Under the pieces are notes generated by a model that was not told the DNA's origin, searched no databases, and saw only the letters and a list, made by a program, of their open reading frames with translations. DNA of 64,000 nucleotides. Origin: Ignavibacteria bacterium (lineage in GTDB: Bacteria; Bacteroidota; Ignavibacteria; Tepidaquicellales; OLB5). This document shows, piece by piece, positions 19,661 through 28,661 of this stretch; within the stretch, counting starts at the first letter, position 1, and the number at the start of each line of letters is the position of its first letter. Location of the stretch: assembly GCA_017303675.1 (NCBI GenBank), contig JAFLBX010000002.1, positions 1,461,075-1,525,074 of the forward strand, written 5' to 3'. The translations under genes and the position numbers were made by a program.

Positions 19661-20986
19661 CTAAATATGAATTATATCATTATATACTACAAAAGCCATA
19701 AATGCCATAAGTATTATAAAACCGACATTCTGCACTACGATCTGTATCTTATGTGAAACTGGCTTGCGGAAAATTCCTTCATACAGCAGGAACATAAAAT
19801 GACCGCCATCAAGCGCAGGGAACGGCAGAATATTTATTATTGCCAGTGTAATTGATAGCATTGCCATAAATCCGAGGAATGAAAGGAAACCGCCTTCGGC
19901 TGACTGGCCTGCATACTGCGCAATTTTTACCGGTCCGCCTACTGCCTTGCTGAAAGCAATATCGCCTTTAATTATTTTCCACATTGATTTAACAAAAAGC
20001 ACTACACCGTAGTGCCAAAGGTCTTTAAATCCCTGGGGAATAGCCGTAATAACATTGTAATCTATATTCTTAACAACACCTGTATATTTACCAATTCCGA
20101 TACCGACAGTGCTATCAGCGGCAGGCTTAATGTTACCGCTCATAATGGTACCGTTACGGTTCCATTTTACGGCTATATCTTTGCCTGCATTGCTTTTGAT
20201 AATATCCACAAACTGCTGTGAATGCATTATTGGATTACCGTTAGCTTCGGTAATAATATCACCTTTTTGCAAGCCTAGATCTTTTGCCGGTCCGCTTTCA
20301 GCAACCTGCTGGATCATGGGTTCCATTTGAACCGGGAAAATACCGAAAGTTCTTTCGTTCACATCTACAAGCTGTGATTTGGGAATGAAAATTTTCTGTT
20401 TAACGGGACCCATTGCAACATCAAGTGTTACATCTTCGCCCATACTTTCAATGAAAAGGTTTCCGCGGACATCATCCCAATACTGAACAGGGAGTCCGTT
20501 GATAGCTTCAATTTCAGTTCCGGGCAGAATACCGTTTTTCATAGCAACAGAACCCGGTGAAACATAACCAACCATCCTGGTTTCCATTTTCTGCTTGCCT
20601 TCAGAAAGGTTGATGGTATAAAATATCGCAAAAGCCAGCAGTGTATTCATAATAACGCCGGCGGTAATAACGAACATTCTCTGCCAAACAGGTTTTGAAC
20701 GGAATTCCCAAGGCTGAGGCGGCTGGTTTACAAAATCCTTATCCATGCTTTCATCGATCATACCTGCAACTTTAACATAACCTCCCAGCGGAAACACGCC
20801 GAGTCCGTATTCAGTATCACCTTTCACAAACTTAAAAATGCGGAGGTTGAAGAAATCGAAGAACAGGTAAAATTTATCCACCTTCATTTTACAAAGCTTT
20901 GCCGCGGCAAAGTGGCCGAACTCGTGTACAAAAACCAGTATCACGATCGTTATCAGAAAATAAAGAATTGTGCTTACTACTTCCAT
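19661..20986 (-). CDS. rseP: RIP metalloprotease RseP (site-2 protease, M50)
   Basis: HEFGHF zinc motif in the first TM, a central PDZ region, and the C-terminal NILPFPALDGGH motif. Confidence 0.92.
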   Translation of the reverse strand: MEVVSTILYFLITIVILVFVHEFGHFAAAKLCKMKVDKFYLFFDFFNLRIFKFVKGDTEYGLGVFPLGGYVKVAGMIDESMDKDFVNQPPQPWEFRSKPVWQRMFVITAGVIMNTLLAFAIFYTINLSEGKQKMETRMVGYVSPGSVAMKNGILPGTEIEAINGLPVQYWDDVRGNLFIESMGEDVTLDVAMGPVKQKIFIPKSQLVDVNERTFGIFPVQMEPMIQQVAESGPAKDLGLQKGDIITEANGNPIMHSQQFVDIIKSNAGKDIAVKWNRNGTIMSGNIKPAADSTVGIGIGKYTGVVKNIDYNVITAIPQGFKDLWHYGVVLFVKSMWKIIKGDIAFSKAVGGPVKIAQYAGQSAEGGFLSFLGFMAMLSITLAIINILPFPALDGGHFMFLLYEGIFRKPVSHKIQIVVQNVGFIILMAFMAFVVYNDIIHI

Positions 20987-21072
20987 ATTATTTTAGTTTA
21001 TCTCCTTTTACAGAATATTTTTAAAATGATATTCTGCTGTGTATCTGTATTAATACTTTTAATTTTCAATTT

Positions 21073-22239
21073 TTAAGCCAGCTCAAGCGAAGCTTCATGA
21101 ACGAACCTTCTTGACCAGCTGTCAATTTCTACAATATTTTCAAGGTTTGGTGAAACATGGTTTTCATGTTTATCCATAGCGCTTTTAATAAGCGCGGGAA
21201 TATCCATAAACCTTATCTTTCCCTTAAGGAAAAGCTCTACTGCAGCTTCATTAGCCCCGTTCAATACTATTGGATAAGAGCCGCCTGATTTTATTACATC
21301 ATAGGCAAGCTTTAAACATTCAAATTTTTCAAGGTCAGGTTCATCAAATGTCAGATTTTTCAGCTGTTTAAAGTCAATTCTCGGATAATCAGAATTAATT
21401 CTTTCAGGGTATGTTAAAGCATATTGTATCGGCACTTTCATATCAGGTACCCCAAGCTGCGCTTTAACTGAGCCGTCGCTGAACTCCACCATTGAATGGA
21501 TTATTGACTGCGGATGGATCAAAACCTCGATATTTTCCGCTTCTATATTGAACAACCATTTAGCTTCAATAATTTCAAATCCTTTATTCATTAAAGTGGC
21601 TGAATCAATTGTAATTTTATTGCCCATCACCCAGTTTGGATGCTTTAAAGCCTGTTCAACAGAAACGTTATTCATTTCTTCGCGGGTAAATTCCCTGAAG
21701 GGTCCGCCGCTTGCAGTTAAAATAAGCTTCGTCACCTGCTTCATTGGCTCACCCTGCAGGCATTGCAGAATTGCCGAGTGTTCACTATCAATCGGCAGCA
21801 GGTGTGCAGAGCTTCCGCTTAACATGGAGTAAATCAGCTCACCTGCAACAACCAGTGATTCCTTATTGGCAAGCGCGATATCTTTACCGTGTTTGATAGC
21901 TTCGGTAGTTGGTATGAGGCCGCTGAAGCCAACAAGCGCATTTACAACTAGCTCAAAATCATCCCGCCGGGAAATTTCATTGATCCCTGCCTGCCCGCAA
22001 AGAATTTCGCATTTATGCTTTAAAGAACGCAGCTTTAGCGCATTATAACCTGCCTCGTTAAAAATTACAGCGGCTTTAGGCTTAAATTCTTCAATTTGCT
22101 CAGCAAGAAGCTCAACATTTGAGTTGGCAGAAATATATTTAACCGTAACGGGAAAACCGTTGCGGTTTAGATTCCTAACAACTTCGAGCGTATTTTTACC
22201 AATTGAGCCTGTAGAACCTAAAACGGCAATATTTTTCAT
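21073..22239 (-). CDS. dxr: 1-deoxy-D-xylulose 5-phosphate reductoisomerase
   Basis: IAVLGSTGSIGKNTLEV, LANKESLV, PIDSEHSA and HPNW motifs. Confidence 0.95.
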   Translation of the reverse strand: MKNIAVLGSTGSIGKNTLEVVRNLNRNGFPVTVKYISANSNVELLAEQIEEFKPKAAVIFNEAGYNALKLRSLKHKCEILCGQAGINEISRRDDFELVVNALVGFSGLIPTTEAIKHGKDIALANKESLVVAGELIYSMLSGSSAHLLPIDSEHSAILQCLQGEPMKQVTKLILTASGGPFREFTREEMNNVSVEQALKHPNWVMGNKITIDSATLMNKGFEIIEAKWLFNIEAENIEVLIHPQSIIHSMVEFSDGSVKAQLGVPDMKVPIQYALTYPERINSDYPRIDFKQLKNLTFDEPDLEKFECLKLAYDVIKSGGSYPIVLNGANEAAVELFLKGKIRFMDIPALIKSAMDKHENHVSPNLENIVEIDSWSRRFVHEASLELA

Positions 22240-22373
22240 TATAGCGTATATATTTGGTAATTTAGGGTTAATTTATGAAAGTTAATATGCTAAAGTTGAG
22301 GTGATTGAAAATTGCAGGAAGACTATGATTTATTGATAATTCAATCGATTTATTGAATATTCTTCAAATAACT

Positions 22374-22403
22374 CTCCCCCTAACAGGGGGAGCGGGAGGG
22401 GGT
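22374..22403. repeat. GC-rich hairpin module CTCCCCCT-AAC-AGGGGGAG + CGG + GAGGGGGT (copy A)
   Basis: Perfect 8-bp stem read directly from the sequence. The same module recurs at 53247-53278. Confidence 0.9.
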
Positions 22404-22440
22404 CATATAAGCTAATTAATAATATTTGAAATTTTACCCC

Positions 22441-22473
22441 GTTGTTGGTGTTTAGCGAAGCGTCACCAACAAC
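22441..22473. repeat. Hairpin GTTGTTGGTG-N13-CACCAACAAC
   Basis: Perfect 10-bp inverted repeat in the dxr / T9SS-gene divergent intergenic region. Confidence 0.85.
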
Positions 22474-22569
22474 AAAAATCAAATGAATGACAAATTAATA
22501 ATTTTTGAAATTGGTATTGCTAAAACTCTATTTATTTAATATGTTAAAAGTAACCTAATGTAATTTGTT

Positions 22570-24692
22570 ATGAAAAAAATATATTTTATCCTTTCTTTAA
22601 TTTGTTTATCAATTTCATTAAACGTCCATTCGCAGGATGGCTGGTTCTGGCTGAATCCTTTGCCGCAGGGTAACTCATACAGCGATATCGAATTCACTGC
22701 TAATAACACCGTTTATGTTTCTGCAGCCGGTAACACACTTATGAAATCCACTGACGGCGGAAACACTTTTTTTGTAATGCAAAACAAAGAAAGCGGCGGA
22801 GCATTAACATTCATAATTGATCTTACAGGTTTTTCAGGTTCAAACGGCGGAATTTAAAAACTACCAACGGCGGAAATAACTGGAGGTATATCCCGGCACC
22901 TGTAGATTATGTTTATAATTTCAGCTCAACTCCTTCAATAATACTTTATGGCTTAAAAGATAACAAAGTGTATTTAAGCAGCGATATGGGTGAGAATTGG
23001 ATTTTAAGTCTTACTGCATTTACAAATAATTCTATTCGTACTGTTCACTTTCCAAGCAATAGCACAGGTTACGCCGGCGGCAAAAAATTCGCAATATTAA
23101 ATGATGCAAGAATCTATAAAACCACCAATGGTGGAGCAAGCTGGGATACTGTCCCTGTAATTTCAAGATACGAAGTGAGAACATTGTTTTTTGTTAATAA
23201 TAACACAGGGTTTGCGGTAACCAATAATAAAATACTGAAAACATCAAATGGAGGTATGATTTGGGATTCTGTTTATAGCCTTCAGACTACATTCAATCAA
23301 ATTGAGTTTTTTGATAATTCAAACGGTTACTTAAAAAGTAACCAGGAAATCCTATACACCACTAATCAAGGAATCACCTGGTTAAGTGTTATAACTTTTA
23401 ATACTTTATTTCTAAAAAATATAAATGAAGGTTTAGGAAAAGGAGCTTTAAATAATTATAATTTTTTATACAAAACTACAAATAGAGGAGCAAACTGGAG
23501 CAGTATTACAACAGGTTTTACGGATGATCTCTGGGATGTAACTTTTATAAATTCCGAAACGGGTTTCACTGGAGGGTATAATAAAATATATAAAACAACA
23601 AATTCCGGATTTAACTGGCAAGTATATATGCTAAATATAGAAGGATGGCCGCCGCATGTGGAAAATATTATGTTCCCGAATGAAAATACCGGTTATGCCG
23701 GTATCGATGGAGGCAGAGTGGCAAAAACTACAAACTGCGGTGTAAATTGGGAGGTATTTGAAACAGGGAATTATGATCATTTGCATGGTATGAGTTTTCC
23801 ATCAGTTGATACGGGATATGCAGTAACCAAACAAGGCTATTATCTAAAATCCGTTAATGGCGGAATTAACTGGTCATTTACCGGTCCGGATACAATTTCT
23901 TATGGCGATGTACAATTTATGAATAATCTGACTGGTTTTACAGGAGGATTTAATTTTAACTCTGATATAGGAATCATTAAGAGAACAACCAATGGAGGAG
24001 TAAACTGGCAAATTAGTTATCTGGATTCAATATTATGGATTAATGATATTTGCATTTCCCCACAAAATTACTGGTATGCCGCAGGATATGGCAGTTATAA
24101 CGGTACTGCTCAATCAGGTATAATCTACAGATCAACAAATTCTGGGATAAACTGGCAATATATTAAATTACCGCTTTCAATTGCTTCTGTTACTTTTCCA
24201 ACTGCACTAACAGGATATGCTTCTGCATATTACAATATAACTTACAAAACCACCAATGGCGGTGAAAGCTGGTTTGCAACATACTGTATAAATGCAGACC
24301 CTTCTCATGGTTTATTTTTCATAAATGATAACACAGGTTATGGAGTAAATTTATATGGTCAGATCATCAAAACCACAACGGGCGGCGGTGTGCTTATAAA
24401 TGTTGAACCGCAAAACTATATTGTGCCGCGTACATATAATTTGTATCAAAATTATCCAAATCCGTTTAACCCGACCACGAGAATTAAGTTCGATATTCCC
24501 AAAGCTATGAATACATCGCTTAAGATATATGATATTCTTGGGAAAGAAGTTTCTGTGGTAGTAGACGATTTCCTTATTCCCGGTACTTATTCATTTACTT
24601 TTGACGGAAGCAATTTATCAAGCGGTGTGTATTTTTATGTTTTAACCGGTGAGGAATTTATAGAATCAAAGAAAATGCTTCTTGTGAAATAA
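22570..24692 (+). pseudogene. BNR/Ycf48-like repeat protein with T9SS C-terminal domain, interrupted by a 1-nt frameshift near 22853-22857
   Basis: ORF 22570-22857 (signal peptide plus first repeats) ends ..GSNGGI*. The adjacent frame continues KTTNGGNNW.. from 22857 and joins ORF 22968-24692. Restoring one T in the TTT run gives the family motif G-I-L-K-T-T-N-G-G. The C-terminus has QNYPNPFNPTTRIKF...KKMLLVK. Confidence 0.75.
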
Positions 24693-24864
24693 GAATCTAA
24701 ATTTGATCATTAATTTACACTTAGCTTATCCGGGCAAGACTGAGATTTACAAAAGCTTATGAACAGCGTTTCTATGTAGTAAAATGCTTTTTATCGCAGT
24801 TAAATGGAGAAAAACTTCTTTTGCAGCTGCCGGAACTTATGTAACTCGAATCGCTGATCCGGGT

Positions 24865-24889
24865 TAAATCGAAACGGCGTTTCGATTTA
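24865..24889. other. Perfect 11-bp stem-loop TAAATCGAAAC-GGC-GTTTCGATTTA
   Basis: Read directly from the sequence. It lies in a 250-nt convergent intergenic region that is less AT-rich than other spacers. Confidence 0.85.
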
Positions 24890-24942
24890 CATTAGCTAAA
24901 CTGCCGTCGCCAGCGAACTGTATTTGCTGCCTGACAAACTGC

Positions 24943-25704
24943 CTAGCAGTCCGGCGCTAACAACGGGGGGAAAAGGAACATTTCCCCTAACATAATTGGT
25001 TTTGCAGATCTTAATATCATATTTTTATTTTTAAATATCTGCATTGGTTCGTGATAAAAAGGAGCTGCCCCATTTTTTTCAGGTACAATTGAAATGAATT
25101 GATAATTATCTTTATTAATCATGTTATCGGAGGTAGATGCAGGAGGTTTGTGGAAATTATATTCAAACTGCATATTTGTAAAACTTAACTTTGAAAGTAA
25201 ATACAGGGAATCCTGCTGCTGCGTACCCAAGCTAAGAAAATTTACATATACATTGACGTACACTTTTGCTGCAGTTTCTCCAAAAGGAACTCTTAATCCA
25301 AGATCATTAATATTTGCATTCCAGGTTCTTACTCCCCCGGAAATTGTGGTACTTCCTGTATCCACCTTTTCCCAGAATATTTGCCATTCTATTGCAGCGC
25401 TGAATTTCATTGGTCTGGCTGTATCATTGACTGCAGCGGCTGAAAAAGAAGAATTCACATGTTTATCAGTACAAATACTATCAACCAGGAAGAAAAAATT
25501 ATAATATCTTTGACTTCCTAATGTGTAAGTTGAAGGAAATCCGTGTTGTGTGAAAGGTGTTGACATTATTCTTTGCTGAAATGTTGAGCTTCCGCAGGAA
25601 TCATTATTATTTGTAACGGGGGTCTGCGGATTTTCATTGCCGCATGAAGAAAAAATCAATGTGGAGATTATTAAAATTATTGCTGAAATTACTATAGATT
25701 TCAT
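24943..25704 (-). CDS. Hypothetical lipoprotein
   Basis: Start chosen at MKSIVISAIILIISTLIFSSCGN (signal peptide plus lipobox Cys); the ORF track starts 36 nt upstream. No recognisable domain. Confidence 0.6.
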   Translation of the reverse strand: MKSIVISAIILIISTLIFSSCGNENPQTPVTNNNDSCGSSTFQQRIMSTPFTQHGFPSTYTLGSQRYYNFFFLVDSICTDKHVNSSFSAAAVNDTARPMKFSAAIEWQIFWEKVDTGSTTISGGVRTWNANINDLGLRVPFGETAAKVYVNVYVNFLSLGTQQQDSLYLLSKLSFTNMQFEYNFHKPPASTSDNMINKDNYQFISIVPEKNGAAPFYHEPMQIFKNKNMILRSAKPIMLGEMFLFPPLLAPDC

Positions 25705-26074
25705 AAATTTTCTTTTTGGCAAATATAAGTGATTGAACAACTTGCAACAAAGAGACTTTTTAGAAATTGTCCCATAATATTGCTAAGTAAATTGATTTTT
25801 TTTGATTATTTCTCTTATTTTAAATAGATTTACCAGGTAATTGTCCCTCAAACGAAACAGTTATCAATAGAGCAAATTCATTCAAATTGAATATTTTTTC
25901 AGCAGATGTTATTTTTTGCTAATATTCATCAATAGATGAAATGTTTAACCCATGAAATTTATATGTAATTTTAGCCGTTTAAAGTTAGTAATACGCAAAA
26001 TATGTTCATTGTTTATATTATTAATATTGAATAGATTTAGCGCTTATATTTCAAAATTTCGGGTAATAAAAATA

Positions 26075-27568
26075 TTGAAAAAGAAATTTATCTTCATTTT
26101 ATCAGCATTTTGCGGAATTCTTACCTTAAATTCTATTAATTTTATGGGTTGTGATTCAGGCACAACAACACAGCTTGGTGAGCCGGTTAGTTTTAACCGT
26201 GATATTCAGCCAATTTTGGCAGAAAATTGCAGCTTCCCGGGGTGCCATAATTCCACAGATAGACAGGCTGGACTTGACCTGACAAGCTGGGAATCAACAA
26301 TGCTCACCGGTTCAACTTTCGGCGCTGAGATAATTCCCTACAATGCAAAATGGTCTCATATGACGATGCATATTAACAGGTTCGATACCAACATATCGCC
26401 ATTTTCAGAGCCACTTATGCCTCAGGCATTGATGCCATATACCAACGGCATGCCGCTTGCTTCCAACCAGTTAATGAAGATTGTTGACTGGATCAACCAG
26501 GGGGCTAAAAACGATAACGGACAAGTAGCGTTTGAGAATATTACCAACAAAGCATTCATTACGAACCAGGCAAGCGATTTTGTTGCTGTTGTGAATCTTG
26601 ATAACAATCATTTAGTTAGGCTTATTAATGTAGGGGGTCGTGATAACGCAACCCAGCCACTTGATGCGCCGCATGTTATTACTGTAGATAACCAGGGAAG
26701 GTATTTTTATGTAAGCTTAATAGCTGAAGGTTATATAGAAAAATACGATGCAATGACCTATGAAAGAGTTGGAAGAATGTTTGCAGGGAATTCACCCGCT
26801 CATATAATCCTCTCTAATGACGGAACCAGGGGCTGGTACACTAATTTTGACGCGACACTTGCACAGAAAGAAATGAAGGAGTTCGATACACAGTCAATGA
26901 CAGTCACCCGGGTTATTGATGAGTTCCGTATGACAAAGCCACACGGCCTAAGGCTTACACACAATGAAGAGTATGTATTAATGGCTACTGAAGGCAGTGA
27001 GTTTCTTTACCTGATACAGGCATCAACCGGACAGATAATTGATACATACCCGGTCGATCCTTCTGTTCCCCCCAACGGTACCGGCACAAATAATTTTATA
27101 CCTTACCAGGTATCAATTACACCTGATGATAAATATGCATATATAACATGCCTAAAATCAAATGACGTACGCGTTTTTGATATTGTAAACAGGGCTTTCA
27201 TTTTAACCATACCAGTTGGCCTGAACCCTCTTGCGCATGAAATATCACCTGACGGCAGGTGGTGTTACGTACCAAACCGCAACAGCAACTCGGTTTCTGT
27301 TATTGACCTGACTACAAATACTGTTGTTAAAACAATTGCAAATGTTGGCGCACAGCCCCATAAGATCGATTTTACCGCAGACGGAAGGTACGCATATGTA
27401 ACATGTGAATCAGTCAGCGGAGGATTTGTACATCACCCGCCTAGTGCAGGTAAAACCCCGGGAACAACAGCGGTTATCGATGTATTATCAGGCCATAACA
27501 AGATCAAAGATATTGAGATGGCTTCATTCCCTGCCGGTATATGCATAACACCGGGACTGGGAAATTAA
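26075..27568 (+). CDS. Lipoprotein: PSCyt1-like cytochrome-c-type domain with CX4CH motif + YVTN/cd1-type beta-propeller repeats
   Basis: Proposed TTG start gives the signal peptide LKKKFIFILSAFCGILTLNSINFMGC. The RDIQPILAENCSFPGCH....MP....L...IVDWINQGA pattern matches the planctomycete-type cytochrome c domain. The C-terminal part has repeated ..PH.I..S.DG+Y.YV.N..SN.V.VID. units. The ORF track starts at 25952. Confidence 0.65.
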   Translation: MKKKFIFILSAFCGILTLNSINFMGCDSGTTTQLGEPVSFNRDIQPILAENCSFPGCHNSTDRQAGLDLTSWESTMLTGSTFGAEIIPYNAKWSHMTMHINRFDTNISPFSEPLMPQALMPYTNGMPLASNQLMKIVDWINQGAKNDNGQVAFENITNKAFITNQASDFVAVVNLDNNHLVRLINVGGRDNATQPLDAPHVITVDNQGRYFYVSLIAEGYIEKYDAMTYERVGRMFAGNSPAHIILSNDGTRGWYTNFDATLAQKEMKEFDTQSMTVTRVIDEFRMTKPHGLRLTHNEEYVLMATEGSEFLYLIQASTGQIIDTYPVDPSVPPNGTGTNNFIPYQVSITPDDKYAYITCLKSNDVRVFDIVNRAFILTIPVGLNPLAHEISPDGRWCYVPNRNSNSVSVIDLTTNTVVKTIANVGAQPHKIDFTADGRYAYVTCESVSGGFVHHPPSAGKTPGTTAVIDVLSGHNKIKDIEMASFPAGICITPGLGN

Positions 27569-27573
27569 GTTTT

Positions 27574-28590
27574 ATGAAATCTTATAATTTAAACTTAACT
27601 TATTCTATGTTAAAATTAAGCTTTGTATTTTTATTTTTTGCTTCAATTATTTTCTACTCCTGCGGAGATGATTCCGGAATTGTAAATTCACAAAACAAAG
27701 GAGTTTTAAGTATCACAGGATTAAAACAGCTTGATAAGAATATTGAAGGCACATATGAACTTTGGGCAAGTGTTGAAACGGGACTCGATCACGATGAAAA
27801 CGCATTCCGCTCTTTAGGAAGATTTGCTGTTAATTCATCCGGGGGTTTAACTGATACTTCGGGCGGAACATTCACTCCGAACTTAGGGAAGATAGCAAAT
27901 ATCAATAATATCGGGGATGTAATAATTACAATTCAGCCTCCCGGCTATAATGATACTATACCAAGCAACATTAAGCTCCTTGGCGGCGCAAAACAGCTTC
28001 AGGGTAATGAGCTTGTTTTTGATATGTCCATGCAATACACAGATATTCTACCGGTTTCCTCACAGTTTTCCTCTGCCCTGGCAAAATATATTCTGGCTTC
28101 GCCAACTACAGGTACAGCTTCATCGCAATACCAGAAGGGCATTTGGTTTACACTTGATACCGGCGGTACAACTTTGGGAATATCATTACCTGTTCTGCCT
28201 GATACTACAGAATGGACCTACCAGGCATGGGTTAAAGATGGTGCAGATAATTATTATAATATCGGAAGGTTTGATGCGCCGAACGCCAGGGATAACAATC
28301 AGCTTTGCGAGCTTAACGGGGGTTTGATATGGAACGTCCCCGGGCATGACTGGCTGCAATCAAACTGTCCCGGCGGCGGACTTCCTGATATACAGAGCCT
28401 GAATAACAATTACAGCGTATTGATAACTTTAGAACCAAGGTTTGAGCAGGGAAGCGCTTTGGGCAAACCGTTTTACCTGAAAATTTTTGAAAAAAATATT
28501 TTACCGCTTCCTTTCGGCACAGTTCAGGAAATGACAAATTACTTCAGTGTCACTCAGCCTTTAGCGCAGTTAAGAGTTTCTTCTAATTAG
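27574..28590 (+). CDS. Lipoprotein with two RskA-C-terminal-like (anti-sigma-K extracytoplasmic) modules
   Basis: The ATG lies 6 nt after the upstream stop. Signal peptide and lipobox (FYSCG). Two modules carry Y(E/Q)(L/A)W...(L/I)GRF...V(I/L)IT(I/L)(Q/E)P. No anti-sigma zinc-finger N-terminus. Confidence 0.6.
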   Translation: MKSYNLNLTYSMLKLSFVFLFFASIIFYSCGDDSGIVNSQNKGVLSITGLKQLDKNIEGTYELWASVETGLDHDENAFRSLGRFAVNSSGGLTDTSGGTFTPNLGKIANINNIGDVIITIQPPGYNDTIPSNIKLLGGAKQLQGNELVFDMSMQYTDILPVSSQFSSALAKYILASPTTGTASSQYQKGIWFTLDTGGTTLGISLPVLPDTTEWTYQAWVKDGADNYYNIGRFDAPNARDNNQLCELNGGLIWNVPGHDWLQSNCPGGGLPDIQSLNNNYSVLITLEPRFEQGSALGKPFYLKIFEKNILPLPFGTVQEMTNYFSVTQPLAQLRVSSN

Positions 28591-28605
28591 AACTTTAAAT
28601 TAAAA

Positions 28606-28635
28606 GACCCGGCATTACTTCCGGGTCTTTTTTTA
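28606..28635 (+). terminator. Rho-independent terminator (possibly bidirectional)
   Basis: GACCCGG-N8-CCGGGTC followed by a T-run, with an A-rich stretch on the other side. Lies between convergent genes. Confidence 0.7.
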
Positions 28636-28661
28636 TTTACTTAATTTTGAAATTAATATCG

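Noticed and set aside
21011-21036. The hairpin CAGAATAT-N10-ATATTCTG between dxr and rseP as a terminator.
   Set aside because: The stem is AT-rich and weak, no U-run follows it on the minus strand, and it sits about 25 nt upstream of the rseP start next to the RBS. It is more likely incidental or a minor intercistronic structure.
22851-22860. Programmed ribosomal frameshifting at the GGAATTTAAAAAC site of the split T9SS gene.
   Set aside because: In the zero frame the codons are GGA ATT TAA, so this is not an X XXY YYZ slippery heptamer. The Ile-tRNA would re-pair poorly in the -1 frame, and no downstream pseudoknot or hairpin is obvious. A 1-nt indel in a homopolymer is the simpler explanation.
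25952-26074. The N-terminal 41-aa extension of the propeller protein given in the ORF track (ATG at 25952).
   Set aside because: The extension would put a second hydrophobic, Arg/Lys-rich segment ahead of a well-formed lipoprotein signal peptide (KKKFIFILSAFCGILTLNSINFMGC). The in-frame TTG at 26075 gives a canonical signal. The call remains uncertain.
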